A stretch of DNA of 64,000 bases, from positions 5,341 to 69,340 of the IMG/VR virus record IMGVR_UViG_3300032315_000608. The stretch is one strand, 5' to 3'. The notes beneath the pieces are model-generated. The model was not told where the DNA came from and did no database searches. It was given only the letters and a program-made list of their open reading frames with translations. This document shows positions 58,445 to 64,000 of the stretch, in pieces; the first letter of the stretch is position 1, and each line of letters opens with the position of its first letter. A program made the position numbers and the translations under genes. Source of the stretch: a virus.

Positions 58445-58848
58445 AACTCCTGCCATACCTGTTGGGTTGCCTTGTGCTGACAATCCAACCAACGGTAGAA
58501 GTTCATCATCAGCCAAAACCAAACAAAAAGATAAAAGTACGTTTGACTGCGTACTGGGTGGGGCAAGACCAATGGACAAACAAGCTACAGTCTTCCACTG
58601 GACGCAGACTAATCAGCGGAAGATCGTGCGCCGTGGACCCCAAAGTAATACCGTATGGGTCGACTCTTATTGTCGAGGGTAAAGAATTTGTCGCAATTGA
58701 TACGGGAACTGCGGTGTTATCAAGGAAGGCATCGAACGGCAGATATCCCGTGGTTGATTTGTTTTATAAGTCGGAAAAGCAAGCAATGCTTGCGCTTGAC
58801 AACTTACCCACGTATGCTTGGGTGGAATTAAAGGGCACATCAAAATGA
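58393..58848 (+). CDS. 3D-domain (MltA-like) protein
   Basis: LTAY, AVDPKVIPYGS, A.DTG.A, VDLF (three Asp). Confidence 0.8.
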   Translation: MDAYATVPYREVGQGDLKLLPYLLGCLVLTIQPTVEVHHQPKPNKKIKVRLTAYWVGQDQWTNKLQSSTGRRLISGRSCAVDPKVIPYGSTLIVEGKEFVAIDTGTAVLSRKASNGRYPVVDLFYKSEKQAMLALDNLPTYAWVELKGTSK

Positions 58849-59111
58849 GCAAAAAAATTTTATCAGCAAAGCGGGTTCCATTGTCCCCAAAGATTGGGAA
58901 GCTTCCCGCTATTAAGATTGTGGCGGAGCGCAAGGTTGACTATGTAGAATTAGACCTTGACGTGGACGACGAAGCGGTGGCAGTATTGGCAAAAGCTGGA
59001 TTGGAAACAATCCGGAATGATAAGGAAGCTCTAGTGAATTACGCGATCACAAAAGCCTTAATGGACCTTGTCAAAAACGAGAAAGAAAAAAATGCAAGAC
59101 ACATTGCTTAA
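58845..59111 (+). CDS. hypothetical protein, possibly ribbon-helix-helix
   Basis: ELDLDVDDE...L...VNYAI..AL. Confidence 0.5.
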   Translation: MSKKILSAKRVPLSPKIGKLPAIKIVAERKVDYVELDLDVDDEAVAVLAKAGLETIRNDKEALVNYAITKALMDLVKNEKEKNARHIA

Positions 59112-59153
59112 GACGTTTCTCGGGGCAGTAGCCGCGTTGCTCGGAGGTGCCAT

Positions 59154-60110
59154 ATGTATATTTATAGCCGTGGTTTGGTTTCGGTGTTGGGAATATTCTC
59201 GTTCGTTCTTTCGTCGTTTGCAGAAGCCCAGGAAAAACAAATCCTACCGTCGGTAGTCCGGATTCAAGTTGTAACAACGGGAGGAACTATCCGCGGGACG
59301 GGATTCGCGGTAGAGGGCGGGGTTATAACGGCAGCCCATGTAGTTGATAAATCCAATCAGGTAAGCGTGCTATGCGATGACGGCGACGATACCGTTGTAT
59401 TTGACGGAGATGTGGTTCGTAAAGATACGCTTTTGGATTTGGCGTTCATCCGGGTCAAGAATGATTTTGAAAAGACAATCAATCTACCAGCAGTAAAGTT
59501 TGCCACAGCTTTTCCTGTAAAGCCGGGTATGCCTGTCTATGCCATTGGTAATTCTTTAGGATTCACGCGTACCATCTCCGCGGGGATTGTATCGGCTTCA
59601 GGCAAGAAGTCGGGTGAGCGTTTCCTATACTCCGATGTTTTGGTTCGGAAGGGTAATTCTGGCGGACCGCTAATCAATTTTAACGGAGAGGTTATCGGCA
59701 TGACGTTGGGGACGATCGACACTTCGCTGGCGGGTGAGTCTAGGACAAAGGACACGGCACCAGAGTTTGCGTATTGCATCTCTGCGGCTGATATCGTTGA
59801 GTTTCTTGAGGCTGATAAGACTAACCAGAAATATGACGGATTCTTGGGCGTAATTGGAAAGCCAGTAACTACGGGGTATAACCAGCCGGGTTGTGACCAA
59901 GGGCTACAGATCACCCGCACAGTGCGTTCTTGCGGTCTCCAGCCAGGCGATATTGTATTTATGCTAGCGGACACACCTATCACATCCCAGCGTGACATGA
60001 TCAGGGTTATCCGCTCGCTACAGCCGGGTACGTTTGCAAAAGCCGATATTTTAAGGAACGGACAATTCAAAACGGTGGAAGTATCGATTGTAAAGAACAA
60101 TGACCTTTGA
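59154..60110 (+). CDS. secreted HtrA/DegP-like serine protease with PDZ
   Basis: Signal peptide; TAAHVV, DLA, GNSGGP; GLQPGDIV..LRNG PDZ. Confidence 0.85.
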   Translation: MYIYSRGLVSVLGIFSFVLSSFAEAQEKQILPSVVRIQVVTTGGTIRGTGFAVEGGVITAAHVVDKSNQVSVLCDDGDDTVVFDGDVVRKDTLLDLAFIRVKNDFEKTINLPAVKFATAFPVKPGMPVYAIGNSLGFTRTISAGIVSASGKKSGERFLYSDVLVRKGNSGGPLINFNGEVIGMTLGTIDTSLAGESRTKDTAPEFAYCISAADIVEFLEADKTNQKYDGFLGVIGKPVTTGYNQPGCDQGLQITRTVRSCGLQPGDIVFMLADTPITSQRDMIRVIRSLQPGTFAKADILRNGQFKTVEVSIVKNNDL

Positions 60111-60663
60111 TACCCGCACTGATCTGGTTAGGAACCTGGTTAGCTCGGGTGGAGTGATCGCGGAGGTCGGAGTCCTCAACGGAGAGTTTTCAAAGGAGCT
60201 AATCGAGATCCTCAATCCTTCCAGGATCTATATGATCGACCGATTTGAGGGCAACTGTTTCTCGGGGGATCGGGACGGAAACAACGGCAAGGTCTACGAT
60301 CTAAATGCAGCTCACAGCAGCCTTGTGGAATATGCTAAGTCCAAACCAGCGGTAACCCTTTTGAAGGGGGACAGCTCAACGTTACTAGGCACGCTAGAGG
60401 CTGATTCACTGGACATGATCTACCTGGACGGTGATCACGAGTACCCGGGGTGCAAGAAGGACGTAATTGCGTCCTGGAGGCTCTTAAAGGCCGGTGGGTG
60501 GCTTATGGGCCACGACTACGCTACCAACATGGACAAAGCCCTGAATAACTATGTTTTTGGCGTAAAGAAGGCCATCGACGAATTCTGTCAGGACTATAAC
60601 CAAACCATTCACGCCCTTGGAAACGATGGTATGGTATCTTTTGCTATTAAGATCTCTAAGTAA
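60100..60663 (+). CDS. class I SAM methyltransferase (Methyltransf_24-like)
   Basis: EVGV..G, IYLDGDHEY, LK.GG.L.GHDY. Confidence 0.85.
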   Translation: MTFDTRTDLVRNLVSSGGVIAEVGVLNGEFSKELIEILNPSRIYMIDRFEGNCFSGDRDGNNGKVYDLNAAHSSLVEYAKSKPAVTLLKGDSSTLLGTLEADSLDMIYLDGDHEYPGCKKDVIASWRLLKAGGWLMGHDYATNMDKALNNYVFGVKKAIDEFCQDYNQTIHALGNDGMVSFAIKISK

Positions 60664-60749
60664 TTGAATCAAAGGTGGAAGCACTTCTGCTTTCAGCAAA
60701 GAGACTTACGTATCCCATATGTCGTAGTTGTAACTCCTTGATACATGGA

Positions 60750-61069
60750 TAGGGTGGGGGGTCGAATGGATGGTTAAATTGATCTATATAATTGTGTATC
60801 AATGATTCATAGCTTCTAGGGTGGTAGGGTGGGGGGTGTAGGGGTGGTTTTGAACTCGTTGTTCCTACAGCTTTGTGTGTGTGGCGTGTGTGTGCAAACA
60901 CCCGGAACGAGTTGGGATACCCCCACCCAGTGGGACCACCCCCACCCTCTCTTTCTTTATATTTATATATATTAATAGTAAACATACACTTAGACAAGGA
61001 CCCAAGGTTCAAAATTTGGGTGGGGGTACCCATTTTTGACCCCCCACCCTAGGAGACACCCCCACCCTA
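60750..61069. repeat. seven GGGTGGGGG iterated motifs around an AT-rich core (origin-like)
   Basis: Copies at about 60752, 60827, 61018 (+) and 60919, 60938, 61040, 61058 (-). Confidence 0.75.
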
Positions 61070-61786
61070 AATCGTAGCCCTTTGGGGATAAACTCGAAGC
61101 AACGAAGCCATCTCACCGTACTTATCGACCATGGACTTCTTGAATCCACAGAAATGGAACAGTTGCTTGGATAAGTCGAGTTCGTTATACCCAGCAAACA
61201 ATTGTACCTTTTGGGCTATGTCGTTGCACTTGCTCATTTCAAAGTTCGTCGACAGGCAGATTCCATAGTTGTAGGATGACTGCTCCAGGATAGCATCATC
61301 TGGTAGTATCGTTTGAATATGGGGTTCGAACAGGGACCTTACCTTGGCTGTGAACCCTAGGTCTTTGAATCCGAAGGTTCCAGCGTTTATCCCTTTTAGC
61401 ATAGTGAACTTTAACCTATCGAGATTGGGTGCCCGCTTGTATTCAAACCATTCGCGGGACATATCGTGCCGCTCTTCCGTTACGATCGTAAAGTCTTTGG
61501 TTGGGTCGATCAGATCCATTGGATTGCCGAAGTAGATAATGTCTGGATCCAGGAACAAATAGTAGTCATACCCTTTGGGGATAAGTTCGGAGTACTTGAG
61601 GAAACCGCCGTAGAGGTAATCCTTTGGGTCGACAATAACTTTGTGACTAAATCCTTCCGGGCCTGGATTGTTTGACATTACGCAGAAGTCGACGTTGTCC
61701 GGTAGAGTCATGTTCGCGACTAGGAGATCGATGCACTTGTGGGACTCCTCGTTGAAGTCTGTCGCCGTGTAAACCAGAACTTTCAC
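61067..61786 (-). CDS. GT-A glycosyltransferase-like protein
   Basis: LFLDPDII (DxD), INAG.F, EQS..N, HFCG. Confidence 0.7.
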   Translation of the reverse strand: MKVLVYTATDFNEESHKCIDLLVANMTLPDNVDFCVMSNNPGPEGFSHKVIVDPKDYLYGGFLKYSELIPKGYDYYLFLDPDIIYFGNPMDLIDPTKDFTIVTEERHDMSREWFEYKRAPNLDRLKFTMLKGINAGTFGFKDLGFTAKVRSLFEPHIQTILPDDAILEQSSYNYGICLSTNFEMSKCNDIAQKVQLFAGYNELDLSKQLFHFCGFKKSMVDKYGEMASLLRVYPQRATI

Positions 61787-61793
61787 CCACAGG

Positions 61794-61821
61794 ATTCTGT
61801 TAAAGATATTGCAAAAGTCAA
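61794..61821 (-). promoter_or_regulatory. promoter, 16-bp spacer, leaderless
   Basis: TTGACT-N16-CAGAAT, 7 nt before GTG. Confidence 0.55.
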
Positions 61822-61822
61822 C

Positions 61823-62725
61823 TTAACTATAAGAGCCAAGGCCAGTCTTGCGGCTGTTCTTTACCATTGCTGGAGCAAGTTGAGAAGCATAGTCCAACAA
61901 CCATTTAACATCGGGCTTGCTTGGGTCTTGCTCTTCATAGAGAGCTTTCCAACCCCTAATAGCCTCGGGTGAATAACCCTCAATAGCCTTTTCGTAAGGT
62001 GTCTTCCTTACGTAGTTCTTTAAGTCGTCCTCGCCTTCAAATCTGCCCTCGCCTTTTTTAAACCTTTCGCGCTGAATCCTACCGACCACGTTTACCAATT
62101 CACTAGGTTCGGCCATGTAATTTGATGGAGTTCCTTCCTTATCTGCATTCTTTACCGCGTACATTGGGCCCCCATCTCCGTAAACAAAAGGCTTGGTGAA
62201 GTGATGCCCAATCTCATGTTCTGCCGCCGAAGCCACATAATCTTTCCCCAAACTCTTTTCATAAGATTCGGGAGTGAATGCGTTTACTTTCATGAATTCT
62301 TCAAACTTCTTTTTATCATCAGGCGTCATTGAATTTGACTTATAGAGTTTAAGTTTATCTCGTTCTTTCGCTAAATATTCCCCGCCCTTTACTTTCACGA
62401 AAGGATAAACATCTCCCCCTTCTCCCTCAGGACGCGCCTTGGCCTTGTAACTTGAGCTAGCCCTATCGAATTGAGTTAGGACTGGATCATAGAATTTGTC
62501 GTAAGCTTCTTTAGTTTGATCAGCAAATTGTCCACCTCTCGAAGCAGCGTATCTTTTAGCCTTCTCCACTTCGGCCTGCATACGTTCACCCCCACCATAA
62601 TACGGGCTAGCCATATTAGCCATTGATATATTTGTTAAATCATAAACAGGATTTCCGTTTTCATCGAACAACTCGTTATAATTTCTAGCTGGACTATCCA
62701 GTGGAGATGTTTTACCTAACGGCAT
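61823..62725 (-). CDS. zincin-like metallopeptidase; starts MPLGK, ends TGLGSYS
   Basis: HEIGH plus downstream Y..EPSE. Confidence 0.65.
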   Translation of the reverse strand: MPLGKTSPLDSPARNYNELFDENGNPVYDLTNISMANMASPYYGGGERMQAEVEKAKRYAASRGGQFADQTKEAYDKFYDPVLTQFDRASSSYKAKARPEGEGGDVYPFVKVKGGEYLAKERDKLKLYKSNSMTPDDKKKFEEFMKVNAFTPESYEKSLGKDYVASAAEHEIGHHFTKPFVYGDGGPMYAVKNADKEGTPSNYMAEPSELVNVVGRIQRERFKKGEGRFEGEDDLKNYVRKTPYEKAIEGYSPEAIRGWKALYEEQDPSKPDVKWLLDYASQLAPAMVKNSRKTGLGSYS

Positions 62726-63347
62726 TTTTCTGTCTCCCCATTAGACGATTGAATTCTTCTTGAGTAATCAAACCACGTTCAAATTGATAAACAGGATCCT
62801 CAGGATCCGACGGACCAGCGAACATAGGGTTCAGGAACTCATACTTGGGCGCTTCGGCTATCCCTCTGACTAAACCACCAAGAATACCGGAAGCGTATTT
62901 ACCAAGACCAGTAGCTTTCGCCTTAACTGGCGTGGCCTCAACATCGATAACCGTGTTCTCGGCCGGTGGAAGAGCAACTTCTTTTTTACCATATTTACTA
63001 ACTAACAAATTGTTGCGTATTTTTTCTAAAGCAGAACCCTCTCCCGGCAACTCAGCCAGTTTGTTCCCGTAAGTCATCAGGGTTTTTCTGGCTCTTTTAG
63101 CGGCCTGTCCTTCAATACCTCCAGGATATTTCTCTAAATCACCACCATAGGTTTCCAAATCCTTTAAACTTTGCACTAATTCCGAAGCCCTTTTTTTCAT
63201 TGCTATCTGAGAATTAAGGACAGCCTGCTCCTCCAGCAATTTTCTTTTAGCTATTTCCGCCATCTTTTGAGATTCAGATGACTGGGGCCTGGGTGGCAGT
63301 TTTATAGTGCCGCGGAACTCAGGCGCAATTTCAAAATTTGGACCCAT
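62712..63347 (-). CDS. hypothetical protein containing TGLGKY
   Basis: ORF directly after a promoter. Confidence 0.6.
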   Translation of the reverse strand: MGPNFEIAPEFRGTIKLPPRPQSSESQKMAEIAKRKLLEEQAVLNSQIAMKKRASELVQSLKDLETYGGDLEKYPGGIEGQAAKRARKTLMTYGNKLAELPGEGSALEKIRNNLLVSKYGKKEVALPPAENTVIDVEATPVKAKATGLGKYASGILGGLVRGIAEAPKYEFLNPMFAGPSDPEDPVYQFERGLITQEEFNRLMGRQKNAVR

Positions 63348-63353
63348 CAAGTA

Positions 63354-63381
63354 AGTGTATTTTCCCCTTTACAGAAGTCAA
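63354..63381 (-). promoter_or_regulatory. promoter, 16-bp spacer, leaderless
   Basis: TTGACT-N16-TACACT, 6 nt before ATG 63347. Confidence 0.6.
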
Positions 63382-63670
63382 TCCGGTTGAGACACTATTC
63401 GAATGCTATGGGGATTCTTTCTTGGCTTGCTCGTATATTGGATCTACGACCAAAGCCGTAAACGTTGTGGCTGGTGCAGGAGGAAATTATGAAATCAGTA
63501 GGACTTAACTTTAGGTTGTTTGGCTACATCTTTAACTTTCAGATCAATCTTTATCGATCCGCGCACCAAGCCCCCGTATTCCATTACGGTTCGGTATCGA
63601 ACTTCGGTAGGTGGAAAGTCCCGCCCGCGGGGATCAGCAACGAGTACAAGCCAAAAAGAAAACGTAAATA

Positions 63671-64000
63671 ATGTCCACCCTTAACGAAAACATTCCGAGC
63701 TTCAAGGCGATGGTTCGGAAGTCCTTCTTTACAAAAGATGAGACAGATAGAAACGAGTTCTACAATGTTTATGTGTTCGCCCTACAATCATACCCAGGGA
63801 CGATCCTGACCTTTCACGTCATGACCGATGCAGGGATGCTTCGAAGCCGAGTCCCCATGTCTGAGATCTATACCCACGAGCCCACCAATGACATCCCGTT
63901 TAATTACAAACAGCTTTGGGATTGTTTCTCGGAAAACGTGACCGTAATCGACTACAGCTTCCTAGCCTACCACCGCGCCCAGATTGTTTTGAGGGACGGA
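63671..64000 (+). CDS. conserved phage hypothetical protein (truncated by the window end)
   Basis: Manual translation MSTLNENIP...TFHV...QLWDCFS. Confidence 0.65.
   Translation, partial: MSTLNENIPSFKAMVRKSFFTKDETDRNEFYNVYVFALQSYPGTILTFHVMTDAGMLRSRVPMSEIYTHEPTNDIPFNYKQLWDCFSENVTVIDYSFLAYHRAQIVLRDG

Noticed and set aside
60656-61033. 125-aa reverse ORF
   Set aside because: Low-complexity Pro/Gly translation of the repeated motif region; probably non-coding.

Overview
A 64-kb segment of a tailed dsDNA bacteriophage with podovirus-type gene order. It is not a complete genome, and no integrase, RNA polymerase, tRNA or CRISPR array is visible. Layout: (1) 1-11050, + strand early/accessory genes, including rIIA/rIIB, a Gp88-like protein, an HhH DNA glycosylase and a possible histone-fold protein. 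(2) 11049-47674, - strand morphogenesis block: terminase, portal, scaffold, capsid, lysis genes, tail/fibre genes, a 3827-aa polyvalent virion protein and a cluster of small basic genes. (3) 47732-60663, + strand replication block: resolvase, SF2 helicase, split Cas4-like nuclease, SSB-like protein, PolA, primase-helicase, then envelope-acting enzymes. (4) A G-rich iterated non-coding region at about 60.7-61.1 kb, followed by a few - strand genes. The most striking unexplained signals are a shared MPLGK / GLGK(Y) terminal peptide tag on unrelated proteins (candidate virion-packaging signal), twin identical-loop hairpins in the capsid leader, ten TTGACN-16-YAnnnT promoters, sigma-like and FtsK-gamma-like segments in the giant protein, and an iteron-like origin candidate. 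All family assignments come from motif recognition by eye; no database searches were run.
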